This document shows, in pieces, positions 1-9,044 of a DNA stretch of 62,528 bases (its first letter is position 1; each line of letters begins with the position of its first letter). Origin of the DNA: Steroidobacteraceae bacterium (GTDB taxonomy: Bacteria; Pseudomonadota; Gammaproteobacteria; Steroidobacterales; Steroidobacteraceae). A model generated the notes under the pieces. The model saw only the letters and a program-made list of their open reading frames with translations, was not told the origin of the DNA and searched no databases. The translations under genes were made by a program, and so were the position numbers. The stretch lies in assembly GCA_035319505.1 (NCBI GenBank), contig DATHCO010000130.1, positions 1-62,528 on the forward strand, written 5' to 3'.

Positions 1-76
1 TCTTCGGCCAAACCGCGCAGTCGGTCGCCAAGGAATCGGATGTCCGCAGGTAGAGGATGGATGCCGCGGGGCGCGG

Positions 77-667
77 TCAGCGACGCTCGCGAGTCACCCA
101 GCACGCGCGCTGGTGCTCATCCACGATGCCCACGGCCTGCATGAACGCGTGGCAGATCGTCGAGCCGACGAAGCGAAAGCCCCTGCGTTTCAAGTCTTTG
201 CTCATCGCGTCGCTGTAAGGCGTGGTCACGGCGATCCCCGAGAGCCGCACGGGGCGGCGGCGCACGACCTTGCCGTCCGTGAATTGCCAGATGTACTCGT
301 CGAATGCGCCCGGCCGGTCGCGAATCTCGAGGTACGCGCGCGCATTGCTGATGAAGGCCTCGATCTTGAGCCGGTTGCGCACGATACCGGCATCGTTGAG
401 CAAGCGCCGGCGCTCGGCGGCGCCGTAGCGGGCGATCGACGCGGCGTCAAAGCCGCCGAAGGCGCGGCGATACGCCTCGCGCTTGCGCAGGATAGTGAGC
501 CAGCTCAACCCCGCCTGCGCCCCCTCCAGGCACAGCATCTCGAAGAGTCGCCGCTCGTCGTGCACCGGCACGCCCCATTCGTTGTCGTGATAGGCGATGT
601 AGATCGGGTCCGTGGTGCACCACGCACAGCGGAGCTTGCCGTCGGCGTGGCGTGCCACGAGGGTCAC
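77..667 (-). CDS. tag: DNA-3-methyladenine glycosylase I
   Basis: ORF track 77..739. The translation carries the Tag hallmarks: RCAWC, DPIYIAYHDNEWGVP, LFEMLCLEGAQAGLSW, GFRFVGSTICHAFMQAVG. Start trimmed to the GTG at 667 (checked). ATG 739 would overlap the upstream gene by 62 nt, and Tag proteins have few residues before the RC motif. GTG 658 is also possible. Confidence 0.9.
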   Translation of the reverse strand: MTLVARHADGKLRCAWCTTDPIYIAYHDNEWGVPVHDERRLFEMLCLEGAQAGLSWLTILRKREAYRRAFGGFDAASIARYGAAERRRLLNDAGIVRNRLKIEAFISNARAYLEIRDRPGAFDEYIWQFTDGKVVRRRPVRLSGIAVTTPYSDAMSKDLKRRGFRFVGSTICHAFMQAVGIVDEHQRACWVTRERR

Positions 668-677
668 GCGGCTCTCA

Positions 678-1121
678 TCAGACGTGCAGACGCACGGAGT
701 GGCGATCCTTGTACACGAGCTCGATGCGCTCGACGCCATGCGTGCGGCGCGCGGCGCTTCTGATCTCGTGCATCAATTTGAGCAGCACGCGCCTGTTGTC
801 CTCCGGCGCGCCGTAACGAGGTTGAACACCGAGATGCAATACCACGAATCGATCCTCGGCACCGCGCACGAAAACCGCAACGCCCAGCGGGCGGCCGCGA
901 TCGGAGACTGCGAATAGGGTCTGCACGCCCTCGATGTCGCCGACTCGAATGGCGAGTCCTCCGTCGTGCTCGTAGATCTCAGGCACGCCGTAAGTCTCGA
1001 TGGATTGCTGGATCCCCAACCTGACCCGATGTTGGTTGACGTTGAAAAAGAACAACTGCTCCAGTGCGGCGCGCTGTTCGAGTGGCAATTTGCACTGAAT
1101 GGCGATGGACTCGCTCAACAT
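678..1121 (-). CDS. hypothetical protein (147 aa)
   Basis: ATG at 1121 is preceded by a G-rich SD-like run. GC-rich third positions. The stop abuts the tag start. No motif I can name with certainty. Confidence 0.55.
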   Translation of the reverse strand: MLSESIAIQCKLPLEQRAALEQLFFFNVNQHRVRLGIQQSIETYGVPEIYEHDGGLAIRVGDIEGVQTLFAVSDRGRPLGVAVFVRGAEDRFVVLHLGVQPRYGAPEDNRRVLLKLMHEIRSAARRTHGVERIELVYKDRHSVRLHV

Positions 1122-1154
1122 CCCCCCAACGATCGAATGTGTGCCCAGTCACAG

Positions 1155-1171
1155 AACGCACTTGGTGCGTT
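1155..1171. promoter_or_regulatory. 17-bp palindrome AACGCAC-TTG-GTGCGTT in a divergent promoter region
   Basis: Perfect 7-bp arms read directly, in the spacer between the divergent genes 678..1121(-) and 1292..3271(+). Operator-like; the binding protein is unknown. Confidence 0.3.
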
Positions 1172-1291
1172 GCAACAGGTGCTGTCCGCGGCGAGAGACC
1201 CCGTATCGTATAGCGTCACCCGCAGAATGACACTAGCTTATTGAGCGCAAGGCCGGGTCGCTGCAATGCGGGACGACGAGGGGTCTTCGAA

Positions 1292-3271
1292 ATGATGCGA
1301 GGAGAGAAGCCGGTGCTAGTCCCCGAGGATGAGACTCGCGCGATCGAAGCGCTCAGGTTCAGCCTCGCGAGTGACATCGTCGAGCTTCTCGTCCTCACCG
1401 TTGACGATGCATTCTTGCAGACGCTGCGCGCAGCGGTCACTGCGCCGCGCCGGCTCTGGCATGTCTCATCCTCCGACAAGATCAGCGACCTCCTGATCGC
1501 AGGGGGCGTCGGCATCCTCGTGCTCGATGCGCACGTGCTCGGGGAGATGGCCGCCTCGTTCATCACCGCGGTCAAGCGCCAGTTTCCCGACCTCGTCGTC
1601 GTGCTTGCCGGCCACCGTGACGCGGAGAGCACGCTCGCCCGATTGGTGAGCGACGGCACGGTGTATCGGTTCATCCACAAGCCCGTGTCGCCTGCTCGCG
1701 CGCGCTTGTTTGCCGATGCCGCCGTCAAGCGCTACGAGGAGCTGCGCAGCCGCGCGGGCCACTCTGCGCCCGCGCGAGCGCCCCGCGATCGCGGACTCTT
1801 GCTCGTTGCGGGCGCGGCCGCTTGTGCGCTTCTCGGAGGAATCTGGCTGCTGCGCCATGAGACGCGTATCGAGCGCGAGCCGGCGGCCAACGAGACGCGA
1901 GCGCCGGCGCCGCCGACCGCCCCGCCTCCGGCGCGAGAGCTCGAGGTGCTTTCCGCGCGCGCCGCCGCAGCCCTCGCTGCGAATCGGCTCACGGCGCCGA
2001 GCGGCGACAATGCGCTCGAGCTCTATCAGCGGGAGCTCGCACGCAATCCGTCGGATGCCGAGGCGCGGGCGGGCGTGGCGGAAGTGCGCGAGCGGCTGCT
2101 CTCGCTCGCCGAGAACAATCTGCTGGAGGAGCGCCTCGAGGAGGCAGCCGCCGCGATCGAGACGGCCCGTAAAGCGGGTGCCGAGGGCGGACGGATCGCC
2201 TTTCTCGCGGGACAGCTCGCGAAAGCGCGTGCGCAACAGAAAGCCGCCGCTTCGCTCGCGCACCTGAAGACCGATGCGGCCGGCCTCGCGCCCGCTGCGG
2301 CAGCCGACGGTGATTCCGCGGCCGACGGTCACACCGCGCCGGACGGTCATTCGCCGGCCGCGCGAGCCGAGCAACTCGCCGCGCTCGCTCTGCAGCGCAT
2401 CGAGGAGGCGCATCTCACCGAGCCCGAGGGCGACAATGCTCGTGCCTACGTGCAACAGGCGCTCGCCGTGGGTCCCGCAAGCGAGCCCGTGCAGGAAGCG
2501 CAGCAGGCCCTCGCGCTGCGCCTCGCGGGCGCCGTGCGCAGCGCCATCGATCGACGAGATTTCCCCGAGGCATCCAAGTGGCTCGCGGCGGCGGACGGCA
2601 TCGCCGCGCCGGCGAATGTCGAGAATCTCACTCAGGCGCTCGCCGCGGCGCGCCGGCAGGCTGATGCGGATGCCGCGAGAGAGCTGCTGAAATCGGTCGA
2701 GGAGCGTCTCGCGCAGGACCGACTCATCGAGCCCGCGGACGACAGCGCCAAGTACTATCTTCTCACCCTCCGAGGGCTCGACCCGACGAATGCGGGCCTC
2801 GCGCAAGTCACGCAGGAGCTCGGAGCGCGCCTGGTCGCCAAGGGGCGCTATGCGCTGAGGCTCCAGCAGTACGATGCGGCGCGCAGCTGGATGGAGGAAG
2901 CGGGCGCCATCGGTTATTCCTCCCCGGAGGGAGCCGCGGTGCTGAAGGATCTGGAGGCCGCGCTCGTCGGGCAACAATTTCTGTCGAGCGTGATCGGGGC
3001 CGATAAGCTCGAGCTCGTGGAGTCGGTGCAGCCCATCTATCCCGCCAAGGCTGAGCAGAGCGGGATCGAGGGGTGGGTGGAACTCGATTTCACCGTGACC
3101 GACGCCGGCAATGTCGCCGACATCGCGGTGCATGGTGCGAGCCCTTCAGGCGTGTTCGAGTCAGCGGCGATCCGGGCCCTGTCGCAATGGCGCTATAAAC
3201 CCGTGCTGAAAGACTCGAGCCCCGTCGCCCAGCGGGCGCGGATTCGCATCCGTTTCCAGCTGCCGCGTTGA
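1292..3271 (+). CDS. TonB C-terminal domain protein with N-terminal receiver-like domain, one TM segment and a long Ala-rich repeat region
   Basis: ORF track 1241..3271 (TTG start). ATG-ATG at 1292 lies behind GAGGGG. The N-terminus resembles CheY-type receivers (LVLTVDD, ILVLDAH, FIHKPVS). TM segment: GLLLVAGAAACALLGGIWLL. The C-terminus (PIYPAKAEQSGIEGWVELDFTVTDAGNV...ALSQWRYKP) is a typical TonB_C. Confidence 0.8.
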   Translation: MMRGEKPVLVPEDETRAIEALRFSLASDIVELLVLTVDDAFLQTLRAAVTAPRRLWHVSSSDKISDLLIAGGVGILVLDAHVLGEMAASFITAVKRQFPDLVVVLAGHRDAESTLARLVSDGTVYRFIHKPVSPARARLFADAAVKRYEELRSRAGHSAPARAPRDRGLLLVAGAAACALLGGIWLLRHETRIEREPAANETRAPAPPTAPPPARELEVLSARAAAALAANRLTAPSGDNALELYQRELARNPSDAEARAGVAEVRERLLSLAENNLLEERLEEAAAAIETARKAGAEGGRIAFLAGQLAKARAQQKAAASLAHLKTDAAGLAPAAAADGDSAADGHTAPDGHSPAARAEQLAALALQRIEEAHLTEPEGDNARAYVQQALAVGPASEPVQEAQQALALRLAGAVRSAIDRRDFPEASKWLAAADGIAAPANVENLTQALAAARRQADADAARELLKSVEERLAQDRLIEPADDSAKYYLLTLRGLDPTNAGLAQVTQELGARLVAKGRYALRLQQYDAARSWMEEAGAIGYSSPEGAAVLKDLEAALVGQQFLSSVIGADKLELVESVQPIYPAKAEQSGIEGWVELDFTVTDAGNVADIAVHGASPSGVFESAAIRALSQWRYKPVLKDSSPVAQRARIRIRFQLPR

Positions 3272-3296
3272 GCGAGAGGCTCCGACGCCGATGGGC

Positions 3297-3806
3297 TCAG
3301 GCGGCGGAGCTGCGCGCTCGGGCGGCCACCGCAACCAGTTCCTGAGTCAGTGCGCCGATTTCCGCACCGATCCGCAGGTCCTCGGCAGCTCCGAACGCGT
3401 GCTTGCGGATCTGCCCTTGCCGGTCGATCAGCACCAGACTCGGCGTGCCGCGCATGTCATAGCGATCCATGGTGTGCGGAATCGGGCCGGCCGCATTCGC
3501 GCTGTCCAAGGCGATCGGAAATTTCAGCCGATACTCCTGAATGAATGCCTTGAGCATGGCGAGATTGTAGGCCTCATGATGCTCGAAGGTGGCGTGCAAG
3601 CCGATGACGGCCACGTCGCTGGGCTCGAAGGTCTCGTGAATACGGCGCGCCTGCGGAATGGCGTGCGCCACGGAGTTGGGGCACAGCGCCTGAAAGGCCA
3701 CGAGCACCACCACCCGGCCGCGGAGCGTCGCGAGGTCGAGCGGGCGGTCCGTGTTGAACCAGGTTTGCACCACGAGCTCCGGTGCGAGCGTAGAAATCGC
3801 CGGCAT
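3297..3806 (-). CDS. thioredoxin-fold redoxin (TlpA/AhpC-TSA-like) with CPNS (CxxS) motif
   Basis: ORF track 3297..3878. ATG at 3806 is preceded by AAAGGA (SD). Motifs: VVVLVAFQALCPNSVAH, DVAVIGLH, GTPSLVLIDRQG, typical of redoxin-family proteins. Confidence 0.8.
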   Translation of the reverse strand: MPAISTLAPELVVQTWFNTDRPLDLATLRGRVVVLVAFQALCPNSVAHAIPQARRIHETFEPSDVAVIGLHATFEHHEAYNLAMLKAFIQEYRLKFPIALDSANAAGPIPHTMDRYDMRGTPSLVLIDRQGQIRKHAFGAAEDLRIGAEIGALTQELVAVAARARSSAA

Positions 3807-3976
3807 GAGGTCATCCTTTTCGCGGCATCGTCGGGGATGGCGTAGTGTATGCGCAGCGGGCCCACTTGCAAGCGCCAATCCTGCGCCGGGCGCGCTCGGC
3901 TCGACGTCATTGACTCATGAGTCGGCGGGCGATGAGATCGCGACTGGTGACGGCGCAGCCGCGAGGGCCCGGGCGG

Positions 3977-4192
3977 CTAACCTCGCCGCGAGCCGACGAC
4001 GTGCAGCGGCGCCGCCGCGTGCGTCTCTTGCTCGCGGCGCTTACGCTCGGCGATCTCCTCGCGATCGACCGCAATATTGCGCGGCGCTTCGATCCCTAGA
4101 CGAACTTGCGAGCCATTGACTTGCATCACCCGAACTTCGACGTCTCGGCCGATCCGTAGCGCTTCCCCGGCGCGTCGCGTCAGTATCAACAT
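3977..4192 (-). CDS. csrA: carbon storage regulator CsrA
   Basis: [47 protein letters not shown] is a near-canonical CsrA/RsmA sequence. ATG at 4192 checked. Confidence 0.93.
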   Translation of the reverse strand: MLILTRRAGEALRIGRDVEVRVMQVNGSQVRLGIEAPRNIAVDREEIAERKRREQETHAAAPLHVVGSRRG

Positions 4193-4304
4193 ACTCGAGC
4201 CTCGGAAAAAAGGGGGGCATCGGACATTCGGCCACTGCGGGCTCGAAAACCCAAGGGCAAATTGCTCCTACTGGTTGTAGGACGGTGGATGACAGCGCGC
4301 GGCG

Positions 4305-4329
4305 CCTCGGGCGGGGTGTGCGCCCGAGG
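4305..4329 (-). terminator. GC-rich hairpin 8 nt after the stop of the GGDEF-EAL gene
   Basis: CCTCGGGCG-7 nt-CGCCCGAGG, a 9-bp perfect stem. No U-tract follows on the - strand, so intrinsic-terminator status is uncertain. Confidence 0.3.
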
Positions 4330-4336
4330 TGCGGCG

Positions 4337-6658
4337 CTAAACGACCATCGGCTGAACCGGCGGTGAAGCGGCTGGTGGGGCCGCGAGGCCCTCCCAGGTA
4401 TTCACGGTCGCCTCGTAGATGGCCAGTTCCTTGAGCAACGGCTCGAGCGGCTGCGCCCTGCCCATCGCAAATCCCTGCCCGTAGTCGACGCCGAGGTCCG
4501 CCATACGCGCGCGCAGCGGGTCGGTCTCGACATATTCGGCGATCGTCTCCATGCACATGACCTTGGCGAGCTGCGCAATGGCCTTGATCATCGACTCGCT
4601 GCGCGTGTTGGTGAGGGAATCGCGCACGAAGCTGCCGTCGATCTTCAGGTAGTTCACCGACAAATCCTTGAGATAGGCCAAGGAGCTCACGCCGGTGCCG
4701 AAATCGTCGAGCGCGAACTGGCATCCGAGATTTTGCAGCGTGCGCAGGAAATTCTGCGCCCTCTCGAGATTGCCGACCGTGGCGGTCTCCGTGAGCTCGA
4801 AACAGAGCACATTGGGCGGCAGCCGGCTCGCCTTGATGGTATCGACGACGTAGGACAGGAACGATTCATCCTGCAGCGACTGCCCCGACAGGTTGATCGC
4901 GAAGCGCGCGATCTCCTCGCCGACTGCGGCGCTGTGCTCGCCCAGCAGATCGCAGGCTCGGCGCACCACCCAGCGGTCGATGGTCGGCATCAGCTGATAG
5001 CGCTCCGCGGAGGACAGAAACTTCGCCGGCGGGATGATCTCGCCGCGATCACCGAGCATGCGTATCAGCAACTCGAAGCGCGGCCGTCCGTAATTGCCGC
5101 GCAGCGGCAGGATCGGCTGAGCGTCGAGCCTGAAGGCATCGCTCCCCAAGGCATCGCGCAGCTTGCCGATCACCAGAATGTCCGTGTGACGCCGAATGAT
5201 GCTCTGGTCGGATTCCTGGAACACCTCCACCCGGTTGCGACCGCGATCCTTGGCGGCCTTGCAGGCGATCTCGGCGGTTGCGAGCGCATGCGCAAGCGCA
5301 TTCTCGGAGCGCCCGACAGGCGCCACGCCCAGGCAGACCGACACCTCGAACGAGCCTTGCCCGGCGCGCGGCGTGATCGCCGCCGCCGCGGCGCGAATTC
5401 GCTCCGCCAGCGCGGTGGCGGCGTCCGTGCTGGTGTTCGGAATGAGCGCCGCCAGGCGGTCGCCCGAGATACGCGCGGACAAGGCGGGGGGCGCGAGAGC
5501 CTTGGCCATGCATTCGGCCACGCTCACGATCACATCATCGCCGACATGCATCCCGAAGGTCTCGTTGATGACGTGCAAGCGATCGATGTCGAGGTAGAGG
5601 ATGCAGTGGGTCGTCGATTCGGGCGCGGCGGTGAGCAGCGCCTTTGCCTGGCGCTCGAACGAATGGCGCGTCATGAGACCCGTGCTCGAGTCGTACTGCG
5701 CCTGGATGATGAGGGCGGCCTTCTTCGCCAGCAATTCGGCGACGCGCGTCTGGTGCGAGTCGAAATCATGCGCACTCGCCGGATTGAACAATGCGAGCAC
5801 TCCCATGACGCGCTCCGATGGGTGCCGCACCGGGCAGGCCAGGATCTTGTAGGGCGCCGCGACGTCGGTGGTCACCTTGGAAATGTGGTTGACCACGATG
5901 GTGCGCTGCTGAAGCGCCATCCAGGCCATCAGGTGCTGCTGCGCGCGCTGCAAGGATTCGGGCGCCATCGGGTTACCGCTCCGGGTCAACGACAGCACGA
6001 TGTTCTTGTCGGGCACCCAAAGCGCCACCAGCGCACAACCCATGTGCTCGATCGCGGTTTTCAAGATGAGGTCGAACTCGTCCGCATCGCCCGTGGCAGT
6101 TTGATTGGACGACATCTCGAGCATCAACGTGAGGTCGCGCTCGCGCACGCCGAGGTCGCGCTCGCGCGAGCCGAGCTTCGAGCGCAGGGCCAGCTCCCGG
6201 CGCAAGCACTCCAGTGCGGGCTGCAGGAGCTGGCGCACGTAGGCGAGCGGCCGTCCTTGAGTGCGCGCGCCCGTGAGGCGCGCGGAGAGGCTCACCACGC
6301 CGAGGAGCTCGACTTGCTCACCGCGCATCGCGATCGAGTACACCGCGTGATCCGCGTCGATCCGTGCGATGCCCGGAAATTCAGCCGGATCCGTGAGGGC
6401 GTTCGAGATCGCCTCCTTCACATAGTCCGGATCGTCCTCGAAATCCCAATCATCGGAGGCCCAGACGAGATTGGCGAGGCCATCGTGCACGACCACGCCG
6501 TCGAGGCTCGGCATGAGCATCCGCAGAAGCCGTCCATAGGGCTCGAACGAGGGGGCGTCGGCGTCGGACTCGATGGCGATGGGTTTGGCGTCCAGCACTA
6601 CTCCGGCCTTTGGTTGGGGGGCGCAATGTAATAGAAATTCTCGGTGAATGTGCGGCAA
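4337..6658 (-). CDS. GAF / degenerate-GGDEF / EAL signalling protein (probable c-di-GMP phosphodiesterase)
   Basis: The GGDEF position reads RISGDRL (SGDRL). EAL-domain residues are present: ELLIR, NLS, ELTE, DDFGTG, KIDGSF, EYVE, QGF. The ORF-track start at 6658 is TTG inside an AT-rich stretch. GTG at 6598, behind GGAG, is a plausible true start. Confidence 0.9.
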   Translation of the reverse strand: MPHIHREFLLHCAPQPKAGVVLDAKPIAIESDADAPSFEPYGRLLRMLMPSLDGVVVHDGLANLVWASDDWDFEDDPDYVKEAISNALTDPAEFPGIARIDADHAVYSIAMRGEQVELLGVVSLSARLTGARTQGRPLAYVRQLLQPALECLRRELALRSKLGSRERDLGVRERDLTLMLEMSSNQTATGDADEFDLILKTAIEHMGCALVALWVPDKNIVLSLTRSGNPMAPESLQRAQQHLMAWMALQQRTIVVNHISKVTTDVAAPYKILACPVRHPSERVMGVLALFNPASAHDFDSHQTRVAELLAKKAALIIQAQYDSSTGLMTRHSFERQAKALLTAAPESTTHCILYLDIDRLHVINETFGMHVGDDVIVSVAECMAKALAPPALSARISGDRLAALIPNTSTDAATALAERIRAAAAAITPRAGQGSFEVSVCLGVAPVGRSENALAHALATAEIACKAAKDRGRNRVEVFQESDQSIIRRHTDILVIGKLRDALGSDAFRLDAQPILPLRGNYGRPRFELLIRMLGDRGEIIPPAKFLSSAERYQLMPTIDRWVVRRACDLLGEHSAAVGEEIARFAINLSGQSLQDESFLSYVVDTIKASRLPPNVLCFELTETATVGNLERAQNFLRTLQNLGCQFALDDFGTGVSSLAYLKDLSVNYLKIDGSFVRDSLTNTRSESMIKAIAQLAKVMCMETIAEYVETDPLRARMADLGVDYGQGFAMGRAQPLEPLLKELAIYEATVNTWEGLAAPPAASPPVQPMVV

Positions 6659-6778
6659 AACCAGGGCTCATGGCATTGACGGGCGTCGCAATTCACGAGA
6701 TGACTTAATTTGCCCCGCGGCAAGGGCCTCCTCGGGCGTTGACAATGTGAGGCGGCGGGTGTGACGCAGTTCCGGCGC

Positions 6779-7171
6779 TCAGCCGGGTCGGCCGCTGCGC
6801 CGCGCGATGAGCCCCAGCAGTCGCCGACCGCCCGGAAGGCGCACCAGCAAAAACACTCGTCGCCAAAAGCGACGCGCGCGCTCGTCGAAGCTCGCGAGCG
6901 GAAGCGATTCATAGAGGCGCGGCAGCGGATCGTGCACGATCGCGACGCGGCCTTGCAGGGTGCGAGTCCCCTCGGGCGACTCGAGTCTCACCTGAACGCC
7001 CTCCTTGCGCCACTCGATTCCGATGGCCGTCGCTCCCCGCAAAGCGAGCGCCGCATCGGCCTCGACACCGCCGATGAAGACCTCGCCGCCCCCCTGGAGG
7101 GTCAATTGCCACTGGCCGTGCCCCAACTCACGCACAGGGCCCGCCACGCTACGCCGCAGAGTGGTATTCAT
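6779..7171 (-). CDS. hypothetical protein (130 aa)
   Basis: ORF track 6779..7474. ATG at 7171 checked. GC-rich third positions from MNTTLRRSVAGP onward, while the upstream extension is Arg/His-rich junk. No family recognised. Confidence 0.5.
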   Translation of the reverse strand: MNTTLRRSVAGPVRELGHGQWQLTLQGGGEVFIGGVEADAALALRGATAIGIEWRKEGVQVRLESPEGTRTLQGRVAIVHDPLPRLYESLPLASFDERARRFWRRVFLLVRLPGGRRLLGLIARRSGRPG

Positions 7172-7222
7172 TCCGTCACCTGAAAACTGTAACCTCGCCG
7201 GCGCGCCTCGTGAGGAACGCGT

Positions 7223-7567
7223 ATGGATGCCATCAGCCAACAGCCCCCGGGCCGAGCACTGAGCTCGAGCGGACACGCGCGGCTCGACTACGCCGCCGTC
7301 GCGAGGCTCGCGTTCCCGTTCATGCTGAACAGTGCCGTGCAAGCGGTGCTCGACGCAACGGACACCCGGTTCATCGGCCGACTGTCGCCGGCGGCGACAT
7401 CCGCCATGGGTGCAGTTTACTGGCCGGTGCTGGTTTTCATACTGCTGTTCGGCGGCGTGGGCCTCGCCGTGCAAACCCTGGTGGCGCAGTACTGCGGAGC
7501 CGGTCGCTATACGACGCTGTATCTGCGCTGGCGCTCGGGCGCCTGGCGGGCGGTGGTGCTCAGGTGA
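7223..7567 (+). pseudogene. N-terminal fragment (TM1-TM2) of a MATE-family efflux transporter
   Basis: ARLAFPFMLNSAVQAVLDATDTRFIGRLSPAATSAMGAV...LVAQYCGAGRY matches the MATE/NorM N-terminal signature. The frame ends after 114 codons at a TGA overlapping the dacB ATG (GTGATG). No remainder of a roughly 450-aa MATE gene follows. Confidence 0.45.
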
Positions 7568-9000
7568 TGCGCTTCAGGCTCATGATGCGCCCCGCGCAGA
7601 CGCTCCCGGCCGCGCTCCTGGCACTCCAGGGCGCGATCGCGGCCGCCGCGGTTCCTACGCCGGTGGCCCAAGCGCTCGCCGCGGAGCGGTTGCCGACCGC
7701 GAGCGCGAGCTTTGCGGTTCTCGATACCGAATCGGGCCGAGTGATCGCGAGCTTGAACGCCGATACCGAGCGAAGCCCCGCATCGACCTTGAAGCTCGTC
7801 ACGACCTTCGCCGCGCTGGACCTCCTCGGGCCGGCGTATGTGTGGCAGACGCGGGCCCTGGCGCACGGCGAGTTGCGTGACGGAGTACTCGAGGGGGATC
7901 TCATTCTGAAGGGCGGCGGCGATCCCTATATGACGCTGGAGCGCTGGTGGAGCTTCGTGCGCCGGGTGCGCGAGCAGGGCTTGAAGAGGATCGCCGGCGA
8001 CATCGTCATCGATCATACCGCATTCGCCTTGGCGGCCGAGGACCCGGGTGCCTTCGACGGGCGCCCGCACCACTCGTACAACAGCGTGCCCGATGCGCTG
8101 CTCGTCAATTTCCAGTCGATCGAATTCCGGGTGGTGCCGAACGGGGCGACGCGCACGATCGACATCGTCGCGACACCCTCGCCCGTGAACCTCGCGATCG
8201 ACAATCGCGTCGGCTTTGCGCACGGAAGGTGCAGCGCGAGTGCCGCTCGCGTCCAATTCGAAATCCCTTCCGAGGAATGGGATCGGGTGGTGTTCAGCGG
8301 TCGGCTGTCCGGCGAGTGCCAGGAGCGGAGCCTCACCCGGGTGCTGCTCAGGCCCGAGAGCTACGCGTTCGGCACCTTCGTGGAGCTCTTTCGGGAGTCG
8401 GGCGGGCAATTCGACGGCAAAATGCGCGTCGCGCCCGCTGCGGCGGATGCGCGACCGCTCGTCGACTTCGATTCGTTGAGCCTTGCCGAGATCGCCCGGC
8501 TCATCAACAAGTTCTCGAACAACGTCATGGCGCGCCAGCTCCTCCTCACCCTAGGCGCCGAACGCTACGGGGGCCCGGCGACGCTCGAGAAGGCCGATCG
8601 AGCCGTTCTCGACTGGTGGCGCGGGCGCGGCCTGCCGCTCGAGGGGCTGGTCATCGATAACGGCTCGGGCTTATCGCGCTCCGCGCGCATCTCGGCGCTT
8701 GAGATGGCCGCCGTACTGCTCGCGGCGTTTCACAGCCCCTATGCGCCCGAGTTCATCGCCTCCTTGCCGCTCGCGGGTCTCGACGGCACATTGAAGCGCC
8801 GCATGCTCGGCGCGCCCGCCGGGTCGGTACGTCTGAAGACGGGCCATATCGACGGGGTTTCGGGGGTTGCAGGCTACGTCACGAGCGCGAGCGGCAAGAC
8901 CTACGTGCTGGTCTCCTTCGTGAACGATGCGCGCGCCGACGAGGGCGCCGGCGAGGCGGTCCATGCGGCGCTCGTCGAGTGGATCGAAGTGACCCTGTGA
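7567..9000 (+). CDS. dacB: D-alanyl-D-alanine carboxypeptidase/endopeptidase (PBP4)
   Basis: ORF track 7210..9000. ATG at 7567 gives a signal peptide (MRFRLMMRPAQTLPAALLALQGAIAAAA) and a typical 477-aa size. Motifs: SPASTLKL (SxxK), DNGSGLS, LKTGHI (KTG). Confidence 0.9.
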   Translation: MRFRLMMRPAQTLPAALLALQGAIAAAAVPTPVAQALAAERLPTASASFAVLDTESGRVIASLNADTERSPASTLKLVTTFAALDLLGPAYVWQTRALAHGELRDGVLEGDLILKGGGDPYMTLERWWSFVRRVREQGLKRIAGDIVIDHTAFALAAEDPGAFDGRPHHSYNSVPDALLVNFQSIEFRVVPNGATRTIDIVATPSPVNLAIDNRVGFAHGRCSASAARVQFEIPSEEWDRVVFSGRLSGECQERSLTRVLLRPESYAFGTFVELFRESGGQFDGKMRVAPAAADARPLVDFDSLSLAEIARLINKFSNNVMARQLLLTLGAERYGGPATLEKADRAVLDWWRGRGLPLEGLVIDNGSGLSRSARISALEMAAVLLAAFHSPYAPEFIASLPLAGLDGTLKRRMLGAPAGSVRLKTGHIDGVSGVAGYVTSASGKTYVLVSFVNDARADEGAGEAVHAALVEWIEVTL

Positions 9001-9009
9001 TCGGATCGG

Positions 9010-9044
9010 GGGACCTCGAGGCGATCAGGAGCGCTCGAGGTCCC
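9010..9044. terminator. 11-bp-stem inverted repeat between convergent dacB and the methyltransferase gene
   Basis: GGGACCTCGAG-13 nt-CTCGAGGTCCC. The right arm lies in the last codons of the 9025..9627 gene. No T-run, so it may be only a structural hairpin. Confidence 0.3.
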
